This document shows, piece by piece, positions 28,320 to 38,012 of a DNA stretch of 64,000 nt. The DNA is taken from the NCBI GenBank assembly GCA_034927475.1, contig JAYFPW010000002.1:117003-181002 (forward strand), read 5' to 3'. A program made the translations under genes and the position numbers. The notes under the pieces are model-generated. The model saw nothing but the letters and a program-made list of their open reading frames with translations. It ran no database searches and was not told the DNA's origin. Numbering within the stretch: position 1 is the first letter of the stretch; each line of letters opens with the position of its first letter. Origin of the DNA: Candidatus Elulimicrobiales bacterium (GTDB lineage Bacteria; Patescibacteriota; Minisyncoccia; Phycocordibacterales; UBA5272).

Positions 28320-30143
28320 TTAAGCTCCACCAACACCCCCACCTCCACCTCCGCCACCAGATGAACCACCACCAGAAGATCCTCCAGATGAAGAAGAAAA
28401 ATCGCTACTACTGCCAGTCGATTCTGCCAATGAAGATGACAAATCACGCATCATACTTGAAAAAATTAAAGCTGAAGAAGAGGTTCCTACACTCCAGTCT
28501 GGTTGAACATTGTTTAATTCATATAGTTTTCCTAATTCTTTAACCCATTTTCTTTCTTGTCTAAACAAAATAGCATATGGCAAAAGACTTTCATAAAGCT
28601 TCAACCTTGCCCCCATATCATTAGTAATGTCTCCTATTTTTTCTACAGTTTCAGGACTCTGAGTCATTTCAAATCTAGTTTTTTCTGCCACTCTTATGTA
28701 CTCCTCTAGCCCTTTCAAATAATGTCTAACTTCCAAAAATCTTTCAGTCTTCCTGTATTCTGGATAAAACATTGTAGAAAATATTTTAGAGAAAAATCTG
28801 GTAAACTTGTTTTTAGTAGGCTCTATTTCCCTAAGAGGATTAGGTTCATATAAATTTGTTTTAGTTCGCATTATATCTTCGATATTCAGTTTTAAGTCTA
28901 TTAAGGGATTTGTAAGTTTTGATGCTTTAACTAAACTGAAAGGATTTAATCTATTTTCAATATCATCAAGAGTTACAGAATCTCCTAATACATCAAAACT
29001 ATCTTCAAAAATTAGCTTTGCTAAAAGCTTTTCTTCTTCTTTCATATTTTCAAAGGAATTGATTATTTCAAATCTATATTTTCCTGAAGATAGAAAAGAT
29101 TTTTTCTTTGTCTGGTATATTAAAATATATTTCTGCACAGCCCAATCGATTATTTGCGCAACAATTCTATTTCCAAGCCTGGTATAAGTTAGGTCTGTTT
29201 CAAGTAGCGAAGCTGACATGAGTACGGAATAATTCTTAGGACGCAAATATTGCGGAATAATTGGTAAATCACGCCAAACAGAATTCACTAAATTTAAATC
29301 TTCTCCACTCTTTTTTGAAGCCACTGAAACAATAAGACCGAAAAATAAAAGACCCAAAACTGATATAAAAGTTGGTACAAACCACTCTATTATATTAAAA
29401 AAATCTAAACCTTGAACTGATCCCTGATTTAAATAATTTTGATTAGTAAAATTTGGATCAGGTTCAATTTCTAAAAATGTCCCTTTCTCAAACCCCATAG
29501 CAATAGTAACTCCATTGTGTGGAGGTAAATTTTGTGCAGTAACAGTAAAGTTTTCTACATTACAAGGAGTATTATTTTGACCTTCAGGTCCAGCATAACA
29601 ATATAAATCTGTTCTTAAATCCGGCTTTAAACTCTCATCAATATGTAATCTGACGACAGCGTTTGAAACTGGAACCAGAGAATCTACCCCAAGAGCATCC
29701 CAATAAAATTCATCTTTATCTGTATCAGAATAATATCTAGTCACATCACGCTGAGTAAAAGTTATGACATAAGTATTTTTCCCATGTACATATTCTTCTC
29801 CTGCTATACGAATAAGTGAGCTATTTGTCCAAGTATAAGGCCTAACCACCCCATTTTCATCTGTAACAGAAACAACTTTTAAATCAGTATCATGTCCATT
29901 GTATCCTCTCACGAAATCTCTAGTTATACCTCTATTTTGATCAAAATCTGGAAAATTTGCTGTAATTTTTTCTACCGTCGTAAGTATGGAATGATTTTCT
30001 GCATCTTTACTTAAATAAAGATCAACTTCATAGTTAGAAATAGTAAAATTATTTAAATTAGTTTGAGCAAAAACAATATTAAAAGAAAAAATATTTAATA
30101 AAAAAACAATAAAAATACTGTTAATTAAAAATACTTTTTTCAT
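28320..30143 (-). CDS. DUF2207-like membrane protein with a signal peptide, an extracellular domain, TM helices, and a C-terminal Gly/Ser-rich tail
   Basis: The start is assigned to the internal Met of the signal peptide (MKKVFLINSIFIVFLL...AQ), because the longer ORF runs into tRNA-Thr. The C-terminus ...SSSGGSSGGGSSGGGGGGGGVGGA is typical of DUF2207 proteins. Confidence 0.55.
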   Translation of the reverse strand: MKKVFLINSIFIVFLLNIFSFNIVFAQTNLNNFTISNYEVDLYLSKDAENHSILTTVEKITANFPDFDQNRGITRDFVRGYNGHDTDLKVVSVTDENGVVRPYTWTNSSLIRIAGEEYVHGKNTYVITFTQRDVTRYYSDTDKDEFYWDALGVDSLVPVSNAVVRLHIDESLKPDLRTDLYCYAGPEGQNNTPCNVENFTVTAQNLPPHNGVTIAMGFEKGTFLEIEPDPNFTNQNYLNQGSVQGLDFFNIIEWFVPTFISVLGLLFFGLIVSVASKKSGEDLNLVNSVWRDLPIIPQYLRPKNYSVLMSASLLETDLTYTRLGNRIVAQIIDWAVQKYILIYQTKKKSFLSSGKYRFEIINSFENMKEEEKLLAKLIFEDSFDVLGDSVTLDDIENRLNPFSLVKASKLTNPLIDLKLNIEDIMRTKTNLYEPNPLREIEPTKNKFTRFFSKIFSTMFYPEYRKTERFLEVRHYLKGLEEYIRVAEKTRFEMTQSPETVEKIGDITNDMGARLKLYESLLPYAILFRQERKWVKELGKLYELNNVQPDWSVGTSSSALIFSSMMRDLSSSLAESTGSSSDFSSSSGGSSGGGSSGGGGGGGGVGGA

Positions 30144-30170
30144 AGATATACGTATTATATCAGAATTCTG

Positions 30171-30243
30171 AGCCACCTCCGAGGATTGAACTCGGGACCT
30201 TGTCGTTACGAGTGACATGCTCTACCAACTGAGCTAAAGTGGC
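30171..30243 (-). tRNA. tRNA-Thr (anticodon CGU)
   Basis: A manual cloverleaf: acceptor GCCACTT/AGGTGGC, D arm GCTCAGTTGGTAGAGC, anticodon loop CTCGTAA, T arm GGTCC-CGAGTTCAATC-CTCGG. CCA is not encoded. Confidence 0.85.
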
Positions 30244-30264
30244 TTAAAAAATATTATATCAAAT

Positions 30265-30340
30265 TGGAGCCAATAGTCAGGATCGAACTGACGACCTCAT
30301 CCTTACCATGGATGTGCTCTACCAACTGAGCTATATTGGC
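30265..30340 (-). tRNA. tRNA-Thr (anticodon GGU)
   Basis: Acceptor GCCAATA/TATTGGC, anticodon stem CATCC/GGATG with loop ATGGTAA, T loop TTCGATC. CCA is encoded. Confidence 0.85.
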
Positions 30341-30376
30341 AATATTAAATATAAAAAGATTATAGCAAATAATATT

Positions 30377-30601
30377 TTATTCTTCAATTAAAACAGAAAA
30401 AAGTTTGCTTGGGCTTGTACGCCCAGAAATAAGTCTAATATTATTTGTCTTAAACTCTCTTTTTAAAATATTTAAGACAGCTTCATTAGCCCAACCATTT
30501 CTAGCTTCTTCTTTAACAGAGACTAAATATTCATCATCTTTTTTAGCTTTTTCAAAAGATTCTCTTTTTTGTTCAGTTTTGACTTTTGCTTTTATATACA
30601 T
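30377..30601 (-). CDS. YggU/DUF167 (UPF0235) family small protein
   Basis: The pattern IKAKVKT...E...V.VKEEARNGWANEAVLNILKREFKT..I.LISGRTSPSKL matches the YggU consensus (A-PP-GKAN-AL---LA--L-V-KS-V-IVSG-TSR-K). Confidence 0.6.
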   Translation of the reverse strand: MYIKAKVKTEQKRESFEKAKKDDEYLVSVKEEARNGWANEAVLNILKREFKTNNIRLISGRTSPSKLFSVLIEE

Positions 30602-30637
30602 AATTAAATTTTAATAAAATTAATAGAAAGATTAAAC

Positions 30638-30666
30638 TTGACACTTCTATCAAATTAATATATAGT
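30638..30666 (+). promoter_or_regulatory. Sigma-70-like promoter TTGACA-17-TATAGT upstream of the 88-aa ORF
   Basis: TTGACActtctatcaaattaataTATAGT. The leader is about 27 nt with no SD. Confidence 0.35.
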
Positions 30667-30699
30667 TTGATTATTGTTTAATTAAAAAAGTTCTTTATT

Positions 30700-30966
30700 A
30701 TGCCAATGTCAGAACAGTATCGCTTAATGATTTATTTTGTAGTCGCAACACTACGCTTTTACAGAGATGATGTTAAAGAAAAAGATTATCTTTCTATTGA
30801 AGAATTTCGAAAAGAAAATCTAGAATTGTGGGATAGGGTCGGCGAAGAAGCCAAAAATACTTTCGAGTATGAACTATCTTGGGAACAAATGAGTAGAGGG
30901 ATAGAAGCTTATCTTTGTAAATCACTATCTGTAAAAAGCTCTGAAGCTTATGTCTTACAAAAATGA
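30700..30966 (+). CDS. Hypothetical 88-aa soluble protein
   Basis: An ORF-track ORF preceded by the consensus-like promoter at 30638-30666. No motif I recognise. Confidence 0.4.
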   Translation: MPMSEQYRLMIYFVVATLRFYRDDVKEKDYLSIEEFRKENLELWDRVGEEAKNTFEYELSWEQMSRGIEAYLCKSLSVKSSEAYVLQK

Positions 30967-30990
30967 AAACCCAATCGGAAATTATAGAAA

Positions 30991-31743
30991 CTATGATTTC
31001 CGATTTTCTTTTCGCCAATTTTCTATATTTTTATGATGTCCAGAAAGTAGAACTTCCGGAACTTTATATTTTTTTATTTTCTCTCCAATTTTTTTTTCAA
31101 AAATTTCTGGACGAGCATAAATCTCACTGGAAGCTACTCTATTCTCTTCCAAACTTTCATTATCATGCAAAACTCCTTTAATTTGTCTTGAAATAGCGTC
31201 AATCATAATCATTGCTGGAATTTCTCCGCCAGTTAAAACAAATTCTCCAACTGAAATATTTTCTATTTTTGAATTTAAAGAAATCCCTTTTTCTTTCCAA
31301 GTTTTTTTCTTTTCAGCTAAAATATCTTTAATTACTAGATTTACTCTAGCGTCCACTCCTTCATATCTTCCACAAATAAAAATTACATAATTATATTTTT
31401 TAGAATATTCTTTGGCTAATTTATTAGTAAAAATTTTAGCTGAAGGTACAAAGTTTACTACTAAAATATTTTTCTTTACCAATTCTTTTTTTTGTTTTTT
31501 ATCTTTTTCTATTTCTTTCAAAATCTTTTCAAAAGTATTTACAACTGGCTCTACCCAAAGAAGCATTCCAGGTCCTCCACCATAAACTTTCCCGTCAGTT
31601 CTTTTATGTTTATCTTTGGTAAAATCGCGGAGCTGAAAAGATTTTACTTTAATGAGTTTCTTTTCTTGAGCACGACCTAAAATAGACTCATTTGTATAAG
31701 AGTCAATAATATTTGGAAAAAGTGTAATTGTATAATATTTCAT
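30991..31743 (-). CDS. trmD: tRNA (guanine37-N1)-methyltransferase
   Basis: ITLFPNII...GRA...GGGPGMLL and the SPOUT trefoil-knot region (...ICGRYEGVDAR...). Confidence 0.9.
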   Translation of the reverse strand: MKYYTITLFPNIIDSYTNESILGRAQEKKLIKVKSFQLRDFTKDKHKRTDGKVYGGGPGMLLWVEPVVNTFEKILKEIEKDKKQKKELVKKNILVVNFVPSAKIFTNKLAKEYSKKYNYVIFICGRYEGVDARVNLVIKDILAEKKKTWKEKGISLNSKIENISVGEFVLTGGEIPAMIMIDAISRQIKGVLHDNESLEENRVASSEIYARPEIFEKKIGEKIKKYKVPEVLLSGHHKNIENWRKENRKS

Positions 31744-31921
31744 ATTTGAAGCTGTAAAATTAAAATAAAGCTTATTTTAAAGCTATTTTAACAAAATTTG
31801 AAGCTATAAAATACTTGACAAATATGTTCTAATATGCTATATTTAGTCCAGCTAAAATTTGTTCATTAATAGACAAATTTTTTATTTTAATTGAATATTA
31901 ATTTTAAAAAATAAATAAAAA

Positions 31922-32323
31922 ATGGAAAAAAAGACTAAATTTAGAATTATTGCTGCTATAGTAGCAATCATTTCTTTGGTTTTAATTAAAAACGTCGACG
32001 AGATTTTTCACGCTCTCAAATTGGGATTCATTTTCGAGACAATTTTGGGTGGAATAATTCTCTCGTCTTTAGTTATTTCAGTTTTAGGACTGATCAGAGG
32101 AACCTTAAAAAAATTTAGAGAAAAAGGTATTTTGTTTTTTTCTTTTTGGGGATTTTGCCTCGGATTAATCTTTGGAGGCTTGCTTACAATCTTAGGATTG
32201 CTAACTTCTGTTGAAGTTTTAAGATTTGTTCTCCCATTTTTCCTTTCTCTATTTGTTGCTCTTGTTCTCGGAATACTTTCCGAAATGAATAAAGACGAAA
32301 CAAAAAACAAAACCGCTATTTAG
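31922..32323 (+). CDS. Hypothetical 133-aa membrane protein (4 TM segments) inserted on the opposite strand between the KH gene and trmD
   Basis: A hydrophobic ORF whose stop codon lies inside a bidirectional terminator hairpin. Confidence 0.45.
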   Translation: MEKKTKFRIIAAIVAIISLVLIKNVDEIFHALKLGFIFETILGGIILSSLVISVLGLIRGTLKKFREKGILFFSFWGFCLGLIFGGLLTILGLLTSVEVLRFVLPFFLSLFVALVLGILSEMNKDETKNKTAI

Positions 32324-32331
32324 CGGTTTTA
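32309..32331. terminator. Bidirectional hairpin terminator
   Basis: AAACCGCTA tt TAGCGGTTT with a T-run downstream. It serves the + strand membrane gene and the minus-strand KH gene. Confidence 0.55.
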
Positions 32332-32349
32332 TTTTTATTTATTTTTTGG

Positions 32350-32691
32350 TTAGATATTTTTTATTCCGTCCATTACTGCATCCACATCATCTAATCTTGA
32401 TCTTCCTTCTCCAGATTGTGCGCCAATCATTTCTGCAGGTTCATTAATTTTCAGATTAACTCTGGCATTATTTTTCATTCCAACAACTCTTAAAAGAGTA
32501 CGGATGGCTTTTGCGGTTGCTCCTTGGCGACCAATAATTTTTCCCATGTCATCTTTTCCTACATCTACGGTGATGAGAACTCCCATTTCATCAACCTTTC
32601 TATCAATCTTTACATCGTTTGGATTATCTACTAAGCTCTTTACAATATATTCTACAAACTCTGAATCTTTAACCATATATTTTATTTTCAA
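32350..32691 (-). CDS. KH-domain RNA-binding protein (UPF0109/YlqC-like)
   Basis: The GxxG KH loop GKIIGRQGATAKAIR, and its position immediately downstream of rpsP in a conserved operon. Confidence 0.8.
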   Translation of the reverse strand: MKIKYMVKDSEFVEYIVKSLVDNPNDVKIDRKVDEMGVLITVDVGKDDMGKIIGRQGATAKAIRTLLRVVGMKNNARVNLKINEPAEMIGAQSGEGRSRLDDVDAVMDGIKNI

Positions 32692-32777
32692 ATTATTTTT
32701 CTAAACAAAATTTAATAACAAATTTATTATAGCACACAAAAATCTCCCATTAGAGATACAAATTTAACAAAAAGAAA

Positions 32778-33083
32778 TTATTTCTTTTTAAGTTCTTTCT
32801 TAGGTTTTGTTACTGATTTTTTAGGTAAAACATTTTTCTTTTTACCTTCTACTAAATTTTGAGCAACGAGAAAATTGTAAACTGTAGGAGTAACTTGTGC
32901 TCCAACACTCATCCAATATTTAATTCTTTCCCCTTTAAATTCTTTTTGTCCACTTTTGGCATTGTAAAAACCTAAATCCTCAATATATTTATGAGTCTTT
33001 GGTTTGTAGGCTTCTGGAGTAACAATCAATTTAAAATGAGGATCATTCTTCCTTCCAAGTCTTTGTAATCTGATTTTTAGCAT
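32778..33083 (-). CDS. rpsP: 30S ribosomal protein S16
   Basis: MLKIRLQRLGRKNDPHFKLIV is the canonical S16 N-terminus. It has a Lys-rich C-terminal tail. Confidence 0.9.
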   Translation of the reverse strand: MLKIRLQRLGRKNDPHFKLIVTPEAYKPKTHKYIEDLGFYNAKSGQKEFKGERIKYWMSVGAQVTPTVYNFLVAQNLVEGKKKNVLPKKSVTKPKKELKKK

Positions 33084-33178
33084 AATAAATTTGAATTAAT
33101 TTTTTATTGGAATAATATATCATATTTTCTACAAAAAGAAAAGCGGCCATTTAAATAGCTGCTTTTAAATTTTCACTT

Positions 33179-33757
33179 TTAAAGAATCTTTTTAACCCTT
33201 AAAATTTTTGTAGTGTGGTCAAAACAAAGACCCCAAACAAAATCAAACTGAAAAGAAATTTCTTCCGCTTCTGATGTGTGAACAATCATAACCACGCTGT
33301 GGTCGTGACCCTGCAAAGGCACTTTATCACCAAGAGAAACAATCATAAACTTTTTAGGTAAAGGAATACCTTTACCTCGCATCATTTTTAAAAGTCTCCT
33401 AAGCTCAGATTCTAACTTCACAAGATGATAAATGTTTGACTCAATAAACCCTTCTTTTTTTGGAGGAAATTTTTCAAGGACCTCTTCTTTTTCAAAAACC
33501 TTATAACCTCCTGCATAATTAAAATTTGTGATTGGAGACTCAATTACCCATTCATATTTTCCAATAAATTCTTCCTTATAAGGAAGAATTGCAGAATTAA
33601 TTAAAGGATTATGAGAGACTACTAAATCATTTAAGTCATCATCAGTAAGATTTTCCGGCTTCAAAGTTCTATCTTTCAGAAAAGGATTATTTTCTGCAAA
33701 GATCTTAGACAATTCTTCATTCAAAGAAAAACAGGTAGGTAAAATAATGTTGTTCAT
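33179..33757 (-). CDS. Hypothetical 192-aa protein
   Basis: An ORF-track ORF between rnr and rpsP with no recognisable motifs. It is not RimM-like. Confidence 0.45.
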   Translation of the reverse strand: MNNIILPTCFSLNEELSKIFAENNPFLKDRTLKPENLTDDDLNDLVVSHNPLINSAILPYKEEFIGKYEWVIESPITNFNYAGGYKVFEKEEVLEKFPPKKEGFIESNIYHLVKLESELRRLLKMMRGKGIPLPKKFMIVSLGDKVPLQGHDHSVVMIVHTSEAEEISFQFDFVWGLCFDHTTKILRVKKIL

Positions 33758-33837
33758 TTCGCATATTTTATTAAGTTAGTACTAGTTTTTACTATTCTTA
33801 TACTATAAAAGAAGTGCAAAAATGTCAAGATTGAAAA

Positions 33838-35847
33838 CTATTCCCTTATCAGCTCGTAATCTATTTGTTTCAAATCTAAATTTGTACTTTTTACTCTGAT
33901 TTTTACTCTGTCTCCAATTCTAAACTCGACACCACTATTTTCACCAAAGATTCTAGATTTCTTTTCATTGTAAATATAAAAATCTTCACCTAAATCTCTT
34001 AATCTTATTAAACCTTCTGATTTAGATTTTGCTTCTTCAACATAAATACCCCATTGAGATACTCCAGAAACAATACCGTCGAAAATTTGTCCTAATCTAT
34101 AGCCCATATATTCAACTTGTTTATACTTAATACTTCCCCTTTCAGCATCTTGAGCCTCTTTTTCTCTTTTACTTGCCAAATCACACATTCTGTCGAAGAA
34201 AGGTTTTTCCTCTGCTTTTGGAAAATCTTTTTTAAGTACTCTCATTAATATACGATGTAGCATTATATCTGGATATCTACGAATTGGAGAAGTAAAGTGA
34301 GAATAAAAAGGAAAAGCGAGCCCATAGTGTCCTACATTTTGAGTCGAATAAATAGCTTTCTGCATAGATCTAGCAATATGTAAAGAAAGTAAATCTTTTT
34401 CAGCTTCCCTATTTTCATCTTTTAATTTTTTAATTAATTTATTTAATTCAAGAGAAGGAATAAGTCCGTCTATAAATTTAACTCTTTCACCTATTGAGCG
34501 AATAAATAAATCTAATTCGTGCATCTTTTCTGCGTCTGGAGTATCGTGTATTCTATAAATAGAAAGAATGGGAGCGTTATTTTTAACTTGCTGATCATAA
34601 ATAAATTTTGATACTCTTCTGTTCGCTAAAAGCATTAACTCTTCGATTAACTGATTAGCTTCTGTCATTTCTTTGACATAAACATCAACCGGTACACCAT
34701 TTTCATCTAATTTAAATTTAACCTCTTCTGAATCTATAACTAAAGCTCCGTTATCATTTTTTTCTTTATCTAGCTTTTTAGCAATTTCATTTAAAATATA
34801 TAATTCTTTATGATAAAGACCTGACTCATCATGAATATTTTTTAAAGCTTCTTCATAAGTAAATCTTTTATCAGATTTAATAATCCCCCTACCAAACCAT
34901 TCGCTTAAAACTTGGGCATTTTTATTCATTTCAAAAACCGCACTCATAACAAGTCTTTCCTCCCCTTCAACGAGAGAACAAAGATCGTTGGAAAGAACTT
35001 CTGGCAGCATAGGAATAGTTCTGTCTACTAAATAAACACTGGTCTCTCTAAAAACAGCTTCTTCATTCATTTTTGTATCTTCTTTTAAATAATGAGAGAC
35101 ATCGGCGATATGAATACCAACTTCATAATTTCCATTTGCGAGCTCTCTCAAACTGATAGCATCATCAAAATCTTTTGCATCTGCAGGGTCGATAGTCATA
35201 GTTAAAATTTCTCTAAAATCCCTTCTTCCATCGACACCATTTTCATTTACGAATTTATCTTCCTCTGTAATTCCTTTTTCGTGAAGAGCTTTAGCTTCAA
35301 CTTCGACTTCTTCACTTGGTTCACTAGCGAAACCTCTCTCTAGCGCAAAAGCAAGCATTTCCGCATCATTGTCGCCAGGTTTTCCTAAAACCCTAACCAC
35401 TCTCGCAAATGGAGATCTTTTTGGATCATCCCATTTTACAATTTCTGCTACAACTTTATCGCCCGGTACAGCATTCATAGCGTTTTCTTTCAAAATAATA
35501 AAATCCGTATAAGTCTTTTTATCATCTGGAACTAAAAAATACATTCCGTTTTCTTCTTCCAATTTTCCAGCATGAGCATATTTTGCTCTCTCCATAACTT
35601 CCAAAACTTTTCCATAAAAAATATCTTCATCAGTCTTTTCTTTTTTTCTTTTTCCTAAAACTTCCACTTCTACAATGTCTCCATGAAAAGCACAATTTAG
35701 ATGTTCGTGATCGATAAATACAGATTCGTCTTGCGTAAAAGCTTCATCTAATTTTTCATGATGTTCAAGCAGACGAACATAGCCATCACCTTTACTATTT
35801 AAAGTGATTCTTCCGTGTATTAACTTTCGCATAGACATAAATTTCAA
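33838..35847 (-). CDS. rnr: Ribonuclease R (RNB family 3-prime to 5-prime exoribonuclease with a C-terminal S1 domain)
   Basis: RNB catalytic region TIDPADAKDFDDAIS, ...YSTQNVGHYGLAF..YSHFTSPIRRYPD, and a C-terminal S1-like region (GIVSGVSQWGIYVE...). Confidence 0.85.
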   Translation of the reverse strand: MKFMSMRKLIHGRITLNSKGDGYVRLLEHHEKLDEAFTQDESVFIDHEHLNCAFHGDIVEVEVLGKRKKEKTDEDIFYGKVLEVMERAKYAHAGKLEEENGMYFLVPDDKKTYTDFIILKENAMNAVPGDKVVAEIVKWDDPKRSPFARVVRVLGKPGDNDAEMLAFALERGFASEPSEEVEVEAKALHEKGITEEDKFVNENGVDGRRDFREILTMTIDPADAKDFDDAISLRELANGNYEVGIHIADVSHYLKEDTKMNEEAVFRETSVYLVDRTIPMLPEVLSNDLCSLVEGEERLVMSAVFEMNKNAQVLSEWFGRGIIKSDKRFTYEEALKNIHDESGLYHKELYILNEIAKKLDKEKNDNGALVIDSEEVKFKLDENGVPVDVYVKEMTEANQLIEELMLLANRRVSKFIYDQQVKNNAPILSIYRIHDTPDAEKMHELDLFIRSIGERVKFIDGLIPSLELNKLIKKLKDENREAEKDLLSLHIARSMQKAIYSTQNVGHYGLAFPFYSHFTSPIRRYPDIMLHRILMRVLKKDFPKAEEKPFFDRMCDLASKREKEAQDAERGSIKYKQVEYMGYRLGQIFDGIVSGVSQWGIYVEEAKSKSEGLIRLRDLGEDFYIYNEKKSRIFGENSGVEFRIGDRVKIRVKSTNLDLKQIDYELIRE

Positions 35848-35866
35848 AATTAGTATAACATAAAAA

Positions 35867-36913
35867 CTATTTTATTATTCGGATTTCCCCCATTTCTTCT
35901 TTAATAAATCCATTTATTTCTAGACTCATCAGGGCTACTAATGAATCTGTGTAACTTGTTCCAAATTCTTCTTCAACTTCTGATAAGAGAATATCTTTTT
36001 CAACACTTCCAGCTTCAATTATTTTTTGTAAAAGATTTCTTTCGTTTTTATTTAATTTATTTAAAAGTTTTTTTAATTGCTCTTCATTTTCTTTAGTATA
36101 AAAATTTAAATCTAAAACTCTTTGGCTATTTTCACTTATACGAAGCATTTCCAAAATATCTAATTCACTTAAAACTGGAGTTGCTCCATCTTGAATTAAT
36201 TTATTAGACCCTAAAGACGCTTCAGCAAAAATATTATTTGGAATAACGCCGACATTTTTTCCGTATTCCATTGCCAATCTTGCTGTAATTAAAGTCCCGC
36301 TTTTTTCTCCAGCTTCCACTATTAAGACTGCATCTGAAATCGCTGCCATAATTCTATTTCGTGCTGGGAAAAAATACATTTGGCTCTTTTTGTCTTCTTC
36401 ATATTCAGAAATCATTAAATTATTATTTTCTAAAATATTTTCCGCTAATTCTAAATTATTTGCTGGATAAAGCACTGCAGAAGAAAGCCCGGATCCAGGT
36501 ATAGAAATCGTTGGAAAATTATTTTTAAGTGCTGTTTTATGTGCCCAAGAATCAATACCTAAAGCAAGACCAGAAACAACAACTATTTTCTCTCCGACTA
36601 AATATTTTAGTAAATAATCTAAAACTTCTTTTCCATAATTTGTATTTCTTCTACTTCCGACAACAGTCAATATTTTATATTCTTCACCGTCGAAAGTTTT
36701 TTGTAAGAAATTATTTAAAATTTCTTCATCTTTAAATTTAAAATATAATTCTTTTGGCGCGTCACGAATTTCTAAAAGTGGAGATAGGAGAGCATATTTA
36801 TGAAAATCTTTTTTCTCTATTTTAAAAGATGGAAAATCATCAAAAGAAATATGATTTTCTTCTAATATATCCAATTCTTTTTCTAAATTTTCATTTAAAA
36901 TCTCGGGTGACAT
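35867..36913 (-). CDS. dprA: DNA processing protein DprA/Smf
   Basis: Rossmann-like region VVSGLALGIDSWAHKTAL...PGSGL....AGEKSGTL.TA is the DprA signature. Confidence 0.8.
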   Translation of the reverse strand: MSPEILNENLEKELDILEENHISFDDFPSFKIEKKDFHKYALLSPLLEIRDAPKELYFKFKDEEILNNFLQKTFDGEEYKILTVVGSRRNTNYGKEVLDYLLKYLVGEKIVVVSGLALGIDSWAHKTALKNNFPTISIPGSGLSSAVLYPANNLELAENILENNNLMISEYEEDKKSQMYFFPARNRIMAAISDAVLIVEAGEKSGTLITARLAMEYGKNVGVIPNNIFAEASLGSNKLIQDGATPVLSELDILEMLRISENSQRVLDLNFYTKENEEQLKKLLNKLNKNERNLLQKIIEAGSVEKDILLSEVEEEFGTSYTDSLVALMSLEINGFIKEEMGEIRIIK

Positions 36914-37151
36914 ATTCTATTTTTATTTTATCATAAGAAAAATTTTCAAATAAAAAACTTCACACAAAAGTTAAAATTTAAAGTGTAATATTTGTTTAAA
37001 TAATTTCTAAATTTAAAATTTATGTGAAGTAAAAATTGCGTATTAATAAGGAGAGCCCCCAAATTATCATACTGGTCTACAATTCTAAAAATCTCCTCTC
37101 TTCCGACCAATTTAATACCTGTAAAATAATACCCTTGATATAAATATATTA

Positions 37152-38012
37152 CTATTTCTTCTTCGGTTTTTTATCTTTGATTGTTATAGTCACAGTACTT
37201 CCGTCAGAAGCAGTAAATTCGCGAGTCTTACCGGGCTCATTTTGAATAGACGGCTGAACCTCTTCTCTTGGCGCCTCTCTTACTATCTCTGGTTGAGATT
37301 GGGATTGGGACTGAGATTGGGTTTGAGTTTGCGTCTGTGTTTGAGATTGAGTAGAAGTAGGGGTAGAATTAGAATATTGATTATTACTATTTCCAACATT
37401 ATCACTTACACCACTTGTACCATAAATGTCTTTTGTTATAGCATTAGTGGTTTCATTTAGAGCTTTTTTAACTCTATTTCTGAAAACTTCTGTCTTAGTT
37501 TGTTTGGTATTTGGAAAATATTCTTTTTTTATTTTTACCGCTCCATAACCAACCAAGCTTCCCAAAATAAGGCAAAACATAATATTCCAAAGAGAAAACT
37601 TTTTTGCCATCGGGAAAAAAGTTGTCATAATTGTCACCAATAAATCCTCTTTCCAATTCTTAATCTCATGCGTACGCATAAGACGCGTATCTATGTGAAC
37701 CACTTTTGTATCCTCTCTATATTTTGTGGGTATAAAAATTTTTCCCCAGAAACCAAGAAAGGGATAAAAATATGTTCCCGCTTCAAGAGTCCTAATCTCC
37801 AAATTCGAAAGTCTTAAAACTAAAGTTCTTTCTTCGTTAAATGGTACGGAAACCATGGAAGACAGAAAGAAAATTGTAGCTAAAAAAATTTGAATAATGT
37901 AACTTTCCGGCGCAAATCTCATTCCAAAATAAACAAGGACTGAATATATTGCCACCCACCAAATAACTATTCCCAAAACTGAGAATAAAGACTTTAAAAT
38001 TGCTTTTCCCAT
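37152..38012 (-). CDS. Hypothetical membrane protein with a low-complexity (TQ/SQ)n linker encoded by an imperfect hexanucleotide repeat
   Basis: It has N-terminal TM helices, and ...TQSQTQTQTQTQSQSQSQSQ... is encoded by the repeat at about 37293-37350. Confidence 0.45.
   Translation of the reverse strand: MGKAILKSLFSVLGIVIWWVAIYSVLVYFGMRFAPESYIIQIFLATIFFLSSMVSVPFNEERTLVLRLSNLEIRTLEAGTYFYPFLGFWGKIFIPTKYREDTKVVHIDTRLMRTHEIKNWKEDLLVTIMTTFFPMAKKFSLWNIMFCLILGSLVGYGAVKIKKEYFPNTKQTKTEVFRNRVKKALNETTNAITKDIYGTSGVSDNVGNSNNQYSNSTPTSTQSQTQTQTQTQSQSQSQSQPEIVREAPREEVQPSIQNEPGKTREFTASDGSTVTITIKDKKPKKK

Noticed and set aside
30144-30218. A 25-aa N-terminal extension of the DUF2207 ORF (MSLVTTRSRVQSSEVAQNSDIIRIS)
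   Set aside because: It overlaps tRNA-Thr(CGU) on the same strand. The internal Met starts a canonical signal peptide (MKKVFLINSIFIVFLL...AQ), so the start was set to 30143.
33179-33757. Calling the 192-aa gene upstream of rpsP as rimM or ffh
   Set aside because: It has no GTPase or SRP54 motifs (not Ffh) and no RimM-like N-terminal GxIxxxHGxxGE block. It is left as hypothetical.
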